Source: Octopus sinensis (Eukaryota). From it: a stretch of DNA of 64,000 bases. How positions within the stretch are numbered: the first letter of the stretch is position 1; each line of letters opens with the position of its first letter. The stretch spans positions 51,088,001-51,152,000 of the forward strand of contig NC_042999.1 in NCBI RefSeq assembly GCF_006345805.1, given 5' to 3'. Shown here in pieces: positions 11,063 to 23,899 of the stretch. The notes below the pieces were generated by a model, which saw only the letters and a program-made list of their open reading frames with translations, was not told where the DNA came from and ran no database searches. A program made the translations under genes and the position numbers.

Positions 11063-11280
11063 GTTATTATTATTATTATTGTTATTATTATTATAATTGT
11101 CAAGGTAGTGAGCTGGCAGAACTGTTAGCACACCGGGCAAAATGCTAAGTGGTGTTTCATCTGTCTTTCCATTCTGAGTTCAAATTCCACCAAGGTTGAC
11201 TTTACCTTTCATCCTTCCAGAGTTGATGAAATAAGTATCCCTTCCCCCAAATTTTCAGGCCTTGTGCTTTTAGTAGAAAG
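10020..11280 (+). mobile_element. Cluster of four SINE family B copies, each followed by (ATT)n, including a tandem duplication
   Basis: The SINE bodies at 10287-10500 and 10688-10900 are identical by eye. Confidence 0.85.
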
Positions 11281-11281
11281 G

Positions 11282-11315
<34 letters not shown>

Positions 11316-12339
11316 GGAGGAGGAGGAGGAGGAGGAGGAGGAGGAGGGGATGGCATGAGGAGGGGAGGGGTATTGATAACGATGATGTTTGTCATGATAA
11401 TGATGATGATGAGGAGGAGGAGGAGGAGGAGGAGGAGGGGGAGAGGAAGCGGAGGAGGGTAACAATAATTATGACTACAACAACAACAACAACAACAGCA
11501 ACCACAATACTAATGGTTATGATGGAAAAGAATTCTCTGTAAACCACTTGTTAGAATTAATTAATCAGAGCTGAAGACACCTCTGAAATTGGGGTGGGGG
11601 CAGCCATGTCAAAATGGATGAGGAGTAGGGGCTGAAACCGGATGTGGTTCCTTCTGATGATGTCTTGAGCTAACTGGATCCTATGAAGGAGCTGTTGTAG
11701 TAGCAGACCACTTTCAGCAATTAGAGATATAAATATTTAAACTCTGTATCATTTTTCTATGCAGAAAACATCACTGTAAAATATACCATTGTAATATGGA
11801 ATATATGACACACTGATAAAATATTTAATAATCTATCTACTAATCCATATGTCAATCTAATTCTATCCATCTATTTGACTCTATTTATCAATATGTTTGA
11901 TAGTCTGTCTATTTAACTATTTATCCATTTATGAAATTATTTGTCTATCTATCTGCTTAATTATCTGTTTCAGATATCATATATGTACCCTACCTATCTA
12001 TCTATCTATTTATCTATTTATCTATTTATCTATTTATCTACTTATCTACCTACCTACTTATCTCTCTCTCTCTCTCTCTCTCTCACTCTCTCTCTTTCTC
12101 TCTTAACTGAGAAGTTAACCCCATGATAGATGTAATATCAGTTACTTACAAAGGGGTAATTCCACAAAATCATACAAGCCACAACATACAAGTAAAAAAA
12201 CACCATGCCCAGAACAAGATCATACAAATGATCAAAAAAAATTAAGAAATTTACCGAAAAGACAAATCCAAGGAACACAAACTGCAAAAATGGCCTTCTA
12301 GAGTAGCATGCCTTGATTCGTTTTTGCATTGTTTCTCTC

Positions 12340-14076
12340 TATCCACTCAGTCGAAGTCGACTCTCGGTCACTCATTGGATCAGTGTCCTCCAGTCAGTTC
12401 TATCCTGGGCCGCTTCTTTCAGACTGGCTATGTCCATTCCGGTATCACTCTTGATGGTGTCAAGCCAGTGGGTTCTTGGTCGGCCTCTTCCTCTCTTGCC
12501 ACTGACCATTCCGAGCATGATGTCCTTCTCCAGGGATTTTCTCTGCGTAATATGACTGAAATATGCCAATCTATGCTTGGGGATCCTAGCTTCTAGCGAC
12601 ATTTTCGGCCTGATCTGCTTAAGAACTTCTCCATTGGTGAGCCTCGCTGTCCATGGAATCCGCAAAAGTCTTCTCCAACACCAAAGCTCGAATGCATTAA
12701 TTCTCTTCTGGTCAGCTTTCTTTAGTGTCCAGGTCTCACATCCATATGTTGCTATTGGGAAGACAATTGCATTCACCAATCTGCATTTGGTAGCGAGTCT
12801 GATGTCTCTACTCTTCCAGACCCTGCTCATGCTGACCATTGCCTCTCTGCCTAGAACTATCCGCCATCTTATTTCTGGAGTGCAGTCACCATCTCGATTT
12901 ATTTTGGAGCCAAGGAAGATGAAATCATCAACCACTTCAATCTCTTCATTATCGATCTTGATGCTGATGTTTGTTGTAGCTGCTGTTGACATGATCTTCA
13001 TTTTCTTAACATTGAGGTACAGCCCAAATTTCTCACTCTCTTTCTTGACCAGCAGGACAAGATCCTCCAGATCCTTACCACTCTCCGCCAGCAGGGTTGT
13101 ATCATTTGCATAGCGAAGGTTATTAATATTTCTTCCTCCAATCCTCACTCCAATGCTACTATCCTCCAGGCCTGCATTCCTCGTGACCTTCTCAGCGTAC
13201 ATGTTGAAGGCAGCTGGTGACAGGATGCAACCTTGCCGAGTGCCTTTTCCAATCTCAAACCAATCAGTGTTGCCATATGGTGTCTGTACTGTAGCCTCTT
13301 GGTTTTGATAGAGTGATCTAATAAGCTGGACAAGGTGTAAAGGTGTTCCCATTTCCTCCAGACATTTCCATAACTTGTCATGATCAATGCTGTCAAAGGC
13401 TTTGGAGTAATTGATGAAACACATGTACAGCTTCTTTTGGTATTCTCTTGCCTTTTCCATAATCCACCGTAGGTCGGCGATGTGATCGCGGGTGCCTCTT
13501 CCTTTTCTGAAACCAGCTTGCACCTCTGGCAATTCTCTCTCAATAGTTGTTCAGGCACCTCTGGATGATTTTAAGGAGAATTTTGCTTACATGGGGGATC
13601 AGGGTGATGGTACTGTTGTTTGTGCAGTCCTTGGTATCTCTTTTCTTTGATATTGGGATGAAAACTGACCTCTTCCATTCCCTTGGCCACTTACAGATTC
13701 TCCATATTCGTTGGCAAAGCGATGTTAGTGTTTTTGTTGGTATTGGCTTGAGTAATTCTAGTGGAATATCATCAGTACCTGGAGCTTTTCGGTTGGCCAG
13801 CTGTTTTATTGCCCATACCACCTCATCCTCCAGGATATCTGGCTCCAGTTCCAGTTCCAGTGACTTCTCTTCTGCCTGTTCATTGAGATTGTTCCCTGCA
13901 TACAACTGTACAGTGTACTCTTTCCATCTTTTCCTGATCCCTTCTTGGTCATGTAGTTCTTCACCATTTCTCCCTTGGATGGTTGCTTGTCTGGCCATGA
14001 ATGCTGTACGAGTCTTCTTTACATGTTGGTCTTCTTTACATGTTGGTCTTCTTTACATGTTGGTCTTCTTTACATG
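12340..14076 (-). pseudogene. RTE (BovB-like) LINE, 5'-truncated, with a nearly intact RT region
   Basis: ORFs 13540-13998 and 12372-13532 are joined by a single frameshift near 13545. Motifs: RKAPGTDDIP, QAGFRKGRGTRDHI, YSKAFDSIDH, RQGCILSP, NLRYANDTTL (YADD changed to YAND), FIFLGS, YGCETWT, RGRGRPRTHWLD. Confidence 0.92.
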
Positions 14077-14349
14077 CATTGTTTCATTTACATGAATTTA
14101 TGAGAAATCCCATGAACAAAACGAGATTGTTTATGAAAATGGAGGCAAACACCTTTCTCCATGTGATTGGCTTGAAAAATTGTTAAGATACTTGGATATT
14201 CTCCTACTCTTCTTAACATGAAACCAATGGTAGCCTTAATTCACAAATAAAGAAATTATCTATCCACTAGTGCGATGTCAAGTACTCATTCCAACATTCT
14301 ACATTTACGTATATATATTTATCTACACTCCCCACACACACATATATTA

Positions 14350-14765
14350 CTCTTTACACTTTTACTCTTTTGCTTGTTTCAGTCATTTGACTGTGGCCAT
14401 GATGGAGCACCACCTTTAGTCGAGCAAATCAATCCCAGGACTTACTCTTTATAAGCCTAGTACTTATTCTATCGGTCTCTTTTGCCAAACTGCTAAGTTA
14501 TGGGGAAGTAAACACACCAACATCGGTTGTCAAGCGATGTTGGGGGGACAAACAAAGACACACAAACATATACACACACATACATATATATATACACATA
14601 TACGACGGGCTTCTTTCAGTTTCCGTCTACCAAATCCACTCACAAGGCTTTGGTTGGCCCGAGGCTATAGTAGAAGACACTTGCCCAAGGTGCCACACAG
14701 TGGGACTGAACCCAGAACCATGTGGTTCGTAAGCAAGCTACTTACCACACAGCCACTCCTACGCC
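14350..14765 (-). mobile_element. SINE family A, full length
   Basis: Reverse complement of the head, microsatellite and tail consensus. Confidence 0.85.
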
Positions 14766-15327
14766 TATATATATATATATCAGGGATTTAAATGCTGGAT
14801 GTGCTAGGTGGCAAATTCATTATAAATATTAACCTTACTCATTAATTTAATCACAAATCATAATGGAAAACTTTTGTTATACTCCGACTTGAAAGGAGTC
14901 CTGCACACCTCACAGTACATTGTATCATAACATGGTACCAGACATATCATAAGATAATGGAAAAATGGCAGAGGGTGTGTGACAGCTTTGACAATACAGT
15001 TGTATGTTCATTTTCCTGGAGAGAAGTTGTACTTCTTTAAATTAATTCAAAATTCTTAAACTAAAATTTATTTAAAAAAATTTTTTTTTTTCTTACAATA
15101 ACATCATATAACTATCATCTTAATTTGTTTTCAAAACTAATAATACACTTTAAGAAGTCAAAAATAAAACTTAGGTTGAATTCTGGCACTGTTAGTGCAC
15201 CAAATACTACGAGTTTGGACAGTACCAGAAATACACAGCTTCTATGCCTAATTTGAGATAATACTAATGTTAGTCATAGTATGGTCAGTATGGCAGCATA
15301 CCCAAAGACAACAACCACCATACACCA

Positions 15328-15361
<34 letters not shown>

Positions 15362-15937
15362 TAGATAGATAGATAGAAAGATAGATAGATAGATAGATAA
15401 CAACAGCACAGAATTTTGTCAGTGAACAGGTCTCGGTCTCAAAGCGACGAAAATATTTTGGCAAATTAAATTTAAATGTTGAAGTGAATCTAACGGTTTT
15501 TTTGTGTTTCTGTATTTCTTAAATGGCTTATAAACACCTTCCACACTGCAATTGTTTTCGTTCAAGCACACAATCTTAGATCAGGTCACCTGCTATGCAA
15601 GTACATCTCCGTAATGTGTGTATATATATATATGGCTGTGTGGTTAGGGAACTTGCTTCCTAGCTACATGGTTTCGGGTTCAGTCCCACAGCATGGCATT
15701 TTGGGTAGGTGTCTTCCACTATAGCCCCGAGCCAACTGAAGCTTTGTGATTGAATTCGGTAGGCGGGAGTTACTGCCGTGTGTGTATGTGTGCATATAGC
15801 TGCTCAGTGCCTCTCCGAAAGAGAGAGAGAGGGATTGCTTACTTAATTACTTCCATTGCATTTATTTATCATTTTTATTATCATTGATTGTAATACAATG
15901 GTGATGACAGAGCTTTAATAGGATTTAGTAAAAAATT

Positions 15938-16145
15938 TTGCTCATCTTGGGAAAGTCTCATCTTGCTTCTGTCTTGAGACTCCATTCGATGTGCTGCAGT
16001 AGGCATTTGCTGATCTTGGAAAACTCTCATGTCTCTTCTAAATTAAAACTCCATCTGACATGCTGCAGCATGCCTTTGCTGATGTTGGAAAAGTCTCATC
16101 TCCCTTCACCCTTGAGACTCCCTTTAACATGTTGCAGCATGCGTG
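15938..16145. repeat. Diverged 69-bp tandem repeat, 3 units
   Basis: Units translate on + as LLILGKSHLASVLRLHSMCCSRH / LLILENSHVSSKLKLHLTCCSMP / LLMLEKSHLPSPLRLPLTCCSMR. Confidence 0.8.
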
Positions 16146-16524
16146 AGACTCCATAAATTTAAGGGTAAATATGTAATTGTAAATACCTTGCAACCTTCCA
16201 ATTGCTGTGATAATTACGAACTGATAATTGAACAGTAAATGTGTATTTTTATATACCTTGGACCTTCCACCTAGTTGTTTTTGTCAAGTGTTTCACCTCC
16301 AGCCATTCGTTACGACAGTCAACACACATACACTGACACACCATTCTGCTGTCATAGCAGTAAAGACAGAAAGTTGCTGATGCATAATATTGTTTACATT
16401 AGGATATAAATTATTCATTTATTTATTACAGTAGAATTAAAAGTGAAAGAATAAAAGTGAAACAATATTATATGAGCAATAATAAATCTCTGAACGAGGT
16501 GTAAACAGTAACTGCCCGACAATG

Positions 16525-16906
16525 TGAGGTATACTAGCCATCTCAATATGGCTAACCACTAAGGGTGGGTGTTACTGTAGCTTGTAGCCCCAGGAGAACA
16601 TCGTCTCCAGCTGGCTTTAGGCACACTTTCTGTGCCCTTATGGTATTTGCAAAGGGAGGTCATCCCTCCCTCGTCAACCTAAGTGATACGCATGGACTGC
16701 AGTTTCTAGGTATAGACCTGTCGTCGAACTGCAGTCCGTGCGTATCACTGAGGTTGACGAGAGAGGGATGACCTCCCTTTGCAAATACCATAAGGGCACA
16801 GAAAGTGTGCCTAAAGCCAGCTGGAGACGATGTTCTCCTGGGGCTACAAGCTACAGTAACACCCACCCTTAGTGGTTAGCCATATTGAGATGGCTAGTAT
16901 ACCTCA
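16525..16906. repeat. Near-perfect long inverted repeat (180-bp arms, 22-nt loop)
   Basis: 16525-16704 is the reverse complement of 16727-16906 with 3 mismatches. Confidence 0.97.
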
Positions 16907-17007
16907 ATATTATATGACATTAGAATATAGATTTTATTCTTTCACTTTTGACATGTAATACCAAACCGGTGCCTATGTTATATTGTTTTAATCCAAATGA
17001 AAAAAAA

Positions 17008-17135
17008 TTACAAGTTGACATTCATGGGGTCTGATACTATTACCTTGTAAAATTTGATTTGATTTGGTTGAGCCATTTGAGAATGCATAGGGAACAGGCG
17101 GACAGACAGACAAGGAATTTTATATGTGTAGAGAA
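17008..17135 (-). mobile_element. Helitron/HINE-like 5' terminal fragment
   Basis: Reverse complement CTCTACACATATAAAATTCCTTGTCTGTCTGTCCGCCTGTT. A similar remnant lies at ~17870-18030. Confidence 0.45.
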
Positions 17136-18146
17136 GGAAACCGATTTGTATACAGAACTTACAAATCCTGTTTGTATAAAGCCCTAGAAGAAAATAGCTT
17201 GAGTGGAAAAACTTAAGCTGCTTTAGGATAGCTTTTCCTAATGCATGACATCTCAGTGGCATGGTTGAAATCTCATTGGTTAGCAATAAAGACTTATCAG
17301 CTGTATGTGGTCCATAGTGGTCATGTGTATGTATACCTGACCACACGCACAACATTTTACAATAAGGGAGAAATGTAAATAGTACATTTAAATAAAAGGA
17401 GTGCAAAAAATTTTTAATAAGTAAAGTAATGTTGTAGGGAGAACATACAAATAACCTAAAGACAAAGATATTTAACCACAACAAAATTCAAATACGCTGA
17501 AGTCAATTTTTAGGCAGATGTAGCAAAACTGAATTTAAACACACAGAGTGAAAAAAAGTTTAAAATAATTAAATCATTTTTCAGGGAGAATGTACAAGAA
17601 CTGTAACAACAGAGATTTTTTTTGCATGACTAATTGAAATACATGCGAGTCAATTTGTAGACAGAAGTTAGTGTGTGAGTGAGTTAAAGAGAGTGAGAGA
17701 GAGAGAGAGAGAGAGAGAAAACAGACATAGACTAAAAGAGCGGAAGTATTACAGAGAGTGAGGGAGAATATGTGTAAGCAAGAGAAACAGAAAATGATAA
17801 AAAGAGAGAAATAAATAGAGAGAGAAAAGAGAGAGAATCGGTAGAAAACTTTTCTGGTTTTTCATTTTACACGGGAGCACTGGAGAAAATGTTATAGTGC
17901 ATGACCATCCTTGGCACATAAGTAATGTATGTGTAAAGTTTGATGAAAATCAGTTGAAAACTGTAAAAATGCATATACACTTCACACACACATACACACA
18001 CAGAGAGTTCCTTTGTTTTATATATATAGATTACACTATTAATTTAATTATATTATTTATTTTTTCAATCCACCATTTGAAGTTACACTATTTTAATATT
18101 CAATATACTGGACAAACAGTGTGCATATATATGGTGCATATATATG

Positions 18147-18190
<44 letters not shown>

Positions 18191-18299
18191 GTATGCATAT
18201 ATAAATATATATATTCGTTTATATATTTGTTGTGCAAGATTTTTTATGTGAAGTCGTGTGTTGAAACAGATATTGTTATATTTCGGAATGGTCATTTTG

Positions 18300-18700
18300 C
18301 CAGTTTAGCCAATAAAAACACACGCACTATATATTTGGTGTTACTTTGCTTCAATGTTATTTATTTTTTACATTAATCTTAATCTTATTTCGGCCAGAGT
18401 TCTTTCGTCACACTCCTGTGACCGCATCAGTGGTCCTTTGTTTCCTTCTTTCTTATTTGTGTCTCTCCTTACTAACCGTCAGCCATTTTGTATTTCTATT
18501 GTATGTCTTCATTTGCGCATGCTTATATCTCTATGTGCGTCTATGTTTATTTAGTGTGGGGGGGGATGCCTGTAATATTTGTATCGTCTGTTTATATACA
18601 TTCATGTAATTTGTTTTCGTTGTTGTTGTTTTTGTTTATTCTTATTTTGTTCATGTGTTTACATCCACTTATTATTATCATTACATATGCTTGTATGTAT
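18300..18700 (-). mobile_element. Penelope-type terminal repeat remnant with hammerhead-like core
   Basis: Reverse complement of 18385-18440: CCA CTGATGC GGTCAC aggagt GTGAC GAAAG. Confidence 0.5.
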
Positions 18701-19214
18701 GTATGTATGTATGTATGTATAACAACAATACTAGTAATAATAATAATAAATAAATTTAAAAAATTGATGAAATACTGCTAAGCATTTCGCCCAGCTCTCC
18801 ACCTTAATAAATGCTTCATCTTTATGAATGACAATTGGAAAAAAAAAAGGACTCATAGACACACACATACACACACAGACACACACATGTTCCCTACTTC
18901 AATCTCATTGCTTCTTTGACATTTCATCATGCAAGTACAGACTACAATATGAGGTATACTTATGTCAATGCTATAATCTTAATGGAATTGCCTTCTTCTT
19001 CTTGTTGGAACATGTATTGGTAAGAATAACATTGCTCCCAAAAGAGACAATAGGAGGAGATCACTGTTGTGTGTCTCTGCTGCTGATGGCATCAATTTAG
19101 TGGTCTTTGTCCTCAGATAAAATACAAAAGTCCCCAACATGTAATATGTGATATAGCCTGGTGTTCAAGACAACAGCAATGGCCAGTAAAGCCTGCTGTA
19201 CATTGAACAACGGT

Positions 19215-19550
19215 ACCAGAGATGGATAGTAACTGGTAGTTTGTCAGTTACAATGACAAGTGTTCCATTTGAGTTGATCAATGGAACAGCCAAATTTACA
19301 AACAAGTGTCTGAGCACTCCACAGACACACATACCCTTCATGTAGTTTATCAGGGAGGTTCAGCATGACACAGAATGCAATAAGGCTGGCCTTTTGAATC
19401 ACAGGTACAATTCATTTGGGGCAGCTAAATGGACTGGAGCAACATGAAATAAGGCAACATGCTCGAGGATACAATGGGCCACCAGGAATTGAACTCATGA
19501 CCTTTTGTTCATGAGCCAAATACCCTAACCACTAAGCCACGCACCTTCAT
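19215..19550 (-). mobile_element. SINE family D
   Basis: Matches 1-268 (CTAACCACTAAGCCAC..GCACC head end; GCTGGCCCTTTTGAAT body). Confidence 0.75.
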
Positions 19551-19779
19551 AGATAGATAAAATGTGTCTATAAATCTCCTCTTTCACCTGGTTCTCACAC
19601 CATAAGAGACATTGAGCCCTGTTGAGAAGTCTGGTGGATGTACAATCAAGGTATCTACATCTTGATATTTGATATTCCTAGAGATCATAATCACCCCAGA
19701 CAGTGGTCACAACTAAAGTCATCATGTGGTTTCTCAAGTTTAATACATCAATTTATGTCAGTTTGGGTGTTCAGTGACA

Positions 19780-20635
19780 TCAAATATTAGTTCAACAGTA
19801 TTGATTTTTTGAAAATGAAGTTTCCTTATTACATTTATTTGTTGTTTGTTGAGCTCAAAGTACTTAAAAACATCTTGTGTTCTTTCCTGTCAATGCAGGG
19901 ACGCTTATTTAATATTTAACTGTGAAATTAAAATTAAATTTTATGATTTGGTTGTGTGCTAAGAAGTTTGCTTCCCAACTACATGGTTCTGGGTTCCATT
20001 CCACTCTGTCACAATTTGGACAAGTGTCTTCTAGCATAGCCTCAGACCAACCAAAGCCTTGTGAAAATCGTGAGTGTAGTGGATGCCTATCTGTCTTCGA
20101 TGACAGTCAATTAAAGACCATCATTGATAAAGATCCATGTAAAACCATTTGAGAATTGGCAAAAGAACTTCAAGTTAGCCAGAAAACTACCTGCGATCAG
20201 AAAATCAAGAAAGCTCAACAAATGAGTACCACACGATTTGAATGAAAATCAGAAAATGCGCAGATCGATCCATTTCTCAACCGTAATGTAACTTGCAATG
20301 AAAAGTGGATTCCAGAAGCTGAGAGAACATGGCCAAGAAGTTCTTTCCCACACAGTTTATTCCCCAGACCTTTCTCCGACTGACTACCACTTTTTCAAGC
20401 ACCTTGATGGTTTCCTGTGAGAGAAGGAGTTCAAAAATCAAACTGATGCTGAAAGTGCATTCAAAGAGTTCATCAACTCCAGAACTCCAGATTTTTATGT
20501 TACCAGAATAAACTTGGTAAAAATGTGTTGATTGCAATGGTACTTACTTTGATGGGTAAAATTTCTGCATTGTTGAAATATATCATGATGAATTTCATGT
20601 TTCAAAATGTTGCTTACATTTTACTCAGCCTGATA
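19780..20635 (+). pseudogene. Decayed, internally deleted mariner transposon interrupted by a SINE A head (~19950-20065)
   Basis: Peptides DDSQLKTIIDKDPCKTI*ELAKEL and FKHLDGFL*EKEFKNQTDAESAFKEFINSRTPDFY; TIR-like end TTACATTTTACTCAGCCTGATA. Confidence 0.75.
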
Positions 20636-20849
20636 AAAGTTCATCAAGATGGACCCCCACCCCACAACATGGCTGCAGTCTAATGGCTGAAGAGATTCCG
20701 GCGATGATGGTAAATACCTATCAAATAAGAGAATTGATATTTTTGCAAGTCATTTTGCCACAGCAAACTTAAAAATTCTTAACAAAGAACTATTTCAAAC
20801 ATTACATTCCTCAACAAAAGGTAGAATATTGTATAAAACTGCAGCAAGA

Positions 20850-21395
20850 CCCCCTCCACCCAAAGCACCCCTTTTTTGTACCTCTCCACCCAAAACACCC
20901 CTTTTTCTTATCTATTTTTTTTTCTACACAAACCTCCGTTTTCAGCTATGGAGAATATGAATCTGCAAAAAAATTGGCAAAAATCAGCATTTTGAAATTT
21001 ACACCCCACACCTTCATTTTTAACATTTTTCAGAAATTTTTTTTTTCAAAATATGCGGGGAAAAAACGGAGATTATGATTCTGAAAAATATTTCCAAAAA
21101 TTTTTCAACTTAGGGTTAGGGTTTTAGGGTTAGGGTTACAGTTAGGGTTTTAGGGTTAGGGCTACAGTTAGGGTTCTAAGGTTAGGGTTAGATTAGGGTT
21201 GGGATTTTAGGGTTAGGGTTACGGAAAAAGTGAAAAATGAAGAAATTGTGGGGGAAGGGGGGGGGCAAAAATTTCAATATTCCGATTTTTGGCAATTTTC
21301 CAGAATCTCCATATCTGAAAACATGGGTTTTTGGCAAAAAAAAAATTTAAAAAACAATAATTTGCAAGAAAATGGGGGGAGACGGGAGGAAGTCT
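20850..21395. mobile_element. Putative non-autonomous DNA element with an internal telomere-like (TTAGGG) array
   Basis: Array at 21110-21221; imperfect inverted repeats at 20938-20985 and 21284-21322. Confidence 0.55.
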
Positions 21396-21819
21396 TTCTA
21401 AAAGTGCTTTACACACACACACAAACACACACACACACACACACACATAAGAATGTATGTATAAGCACTAGTATCAAACTGAGAATGAGTAGTCAACACT
21501 GCACTGGTGGATAAATATTCTTTATTTGTGGATTAACAAGGTAACCAATGGTTTCATGTGGAAAAGTTCTCCACAGTTATTTAAGCAATCCACTTGGGAG
21601 TTTAGTACTTGTCTCCATTTTGGATGAGATATATATATGATATACCTTTACAGAAAGACACACACGCACATACACACACACACATACATATGTATATACA
21701 TTCATATATACATACATACACACATATGTGCACACTTACAAAGACACACATACACATATATGATAAATAGTTGATTCGGTATTAATTGTGAAAGTGTTAA
21801 AATCATAAAAGGAATTATT

Positions 21820-22502
21820 CTTTTACTCTTTTACTTGTTTCAGTCATTTGACTGTGGCCATGCTGGAGCACCGCCTTTGGTCGAGCAAATCGACCTCGGG
21901 ACTTATTCTTTGTAAGGCCAGTACTTATTCTATCGGTCTCTTTTTGCCAAACCACTAAGTTACGAGAACGTAAACACACCAGCATCGGTTGTCAAACGAT
22001 GCTGGGGGAACAAACATAAACACATACATATATATATATATACATACATATATATATTTCTTTACTACCCACAAGGGGCTAAACACAGAGGGGACAAACA
22101 AGGACAGACAAAGGGATTAAGTCGACTACATCGACCCCAGTGCGTAACTGGTACTTAATTTATCGACCCCGAAAGGATGAAAGGCAAAGTCGACCTCGGC
22201 GGAATTTGAACTCGGAACGTAACGACAGACGAAATACGGCTACGAATTTCGCCCAGCGTGCTAACGTTTTTACCAGCTCGCTAACGTTTCTACCAGCGTG
22301 CTAACGTTTCTACCAGCTCGCCGTATATACATACATATATACGACAGGCTTCTTTCAGTTTCTGTCTACCAAATCCGCTCACAAGGCATTGGTCGGCCCG
22401 GGGTTATAGCAGAAGACAATTGCCCAAGATGCCACGCAGTGGGACTGAACCTGGAACCATGTGGTTGGTTAGCAAGCTACTTACCACACAGCCACTCCTG
22501 CG
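21820..22502 (-). mobile_element. SINE family A with a family B copy nested in its microsatellite (~22057-22325)
   Basis: Tail 21820-22030 and head 22340-22502 flank a full family B body. Confidence 0.8.
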
Positions 22503-23029
22503 CCCAAATTTAATTTTAGGATCTTCTTGATAATATGTGCTGCAGGTTTCTTGTGAAGGCTCAGAACTTTTCATGGCATGAATACAAGATTTATGGACAG
22601 CTGTGGGCCAAAAAGTACACTGCATTCATCTTAGACTGTCTTGGAGTGTTTTCTTTAACAAGCAATATATCAGATTACCAATTATTTCCCAAATTCCATG
22701 TTTGGTGTTTCCTGGAAAATATTCCGAAAGTCTAGATGGTCATGAAATTATTGAGTTTTAGTACAACGAATTCTGACAGAGATCCTGTTTAGTTTATTGT
22801 TGTTGTTGTCGAAGTTGTTGATGTTGTCGTTGCTGTTGCTGCTGCTGCTGCTGCTGCTATAGTTGTACATGTTATTGTTTAACCTCAGGTCAGCCCTGAC
22901 TTACCAGATCTATTGATGTGTGTAACAATATGTGTGTGTATGTAACAATATATATTTGTGTGTGTGTGTGCGTAAATGACGTCATATAATATATATGCAT
23001 ATGTCTGTGTGTATGTATGTTTATATTAA

Positions 23030-23157
23030 GATAAATAAGATAAGATAGAGAGATGCATAGACAGAACAGATAGATAGATAGATAGATAGACAGATAGACA
23101 GACAGACAGACAGACAGACAGCAGACAGACAGACAGACAGCAGACAGACAGACAGAC

Positions 23158-23192
<35 letters not shown>

Positions 23193-23232
23193 AAGATAGG
23201 TAGGTAGATAGGTAGATAGATAGATAGATAGG

Positions 23233-23298
<66 letters not shown>

Positions 23299-23477
23299 TG
23301 TTTCTTTATTAGCCACACAGGGCTGCACACAGACGGGACAAATTACAAGGTAGAGCTTTTCTTTTTGGGGATAAAAAAAGGGTTTTCGATCAAAAGGGAT
23401 CGTAAATGGAAAGAAAGAGGAAAGCAAAAAAAAAAAGATAGATAGATAGATAGATAGAACAGATAGATAAATAGAAC

Positions 23478-23510
<33 letters not shown>

Positions 23511-23570
23511 CATACATACATACATACATACATACATACATACATACATACATACATACATACATACATA
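23030..23570. repeat. (GATA)n/(GACA)n/(CATA)n microsatellites flanking a short Penelope-like insert (~23295-23430)
   Basis: Direct reading. Confidence 0.8.
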
Positions 23571-23899
23571 AACATTTACATAGATCGAAATATGTTTGAC
23601 TTGATTTGTTTGTATTCTGGATAATGTAGTCATTGATAAATATCTGAAAAATAGAGAATGGTCATACAGGATATTTGATACACTAGTAAAATATTTATTT
23701 ACCTACCTACCTGCCTACCTGCCTGCCTACCTACCTACCAACCTACCTAACTACCTACCTATCAATCTATCTATCTATCTATCTATCTATCTCTCTATCT
23801 ATCTCTATTTCTTTTTGTATCTGTGTGTGTGTGTGTGTATGTGTGCAACTTATGTAAATTGATAAGTAGATGTTGGATTTGGCATATTCTTTTATTCTT

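Noticed and set aside
11560-11710. Hammerhead from GAAACC..GGTT..CTGATGA
   Set aside because: No room for stem I between the putative cleavage triplet and CTGATGA, and stem II is not formed.
16565-16866. Two mirror-image 68-aa ORFs
   Set aside because: A by-product of the DNA palindrome; no protein similarity recognised.
21110-21221. True telomere or chromosome fusion site
   Set aside because: Short, degenerate, single orientation and embedded in an inverted-repeat element.
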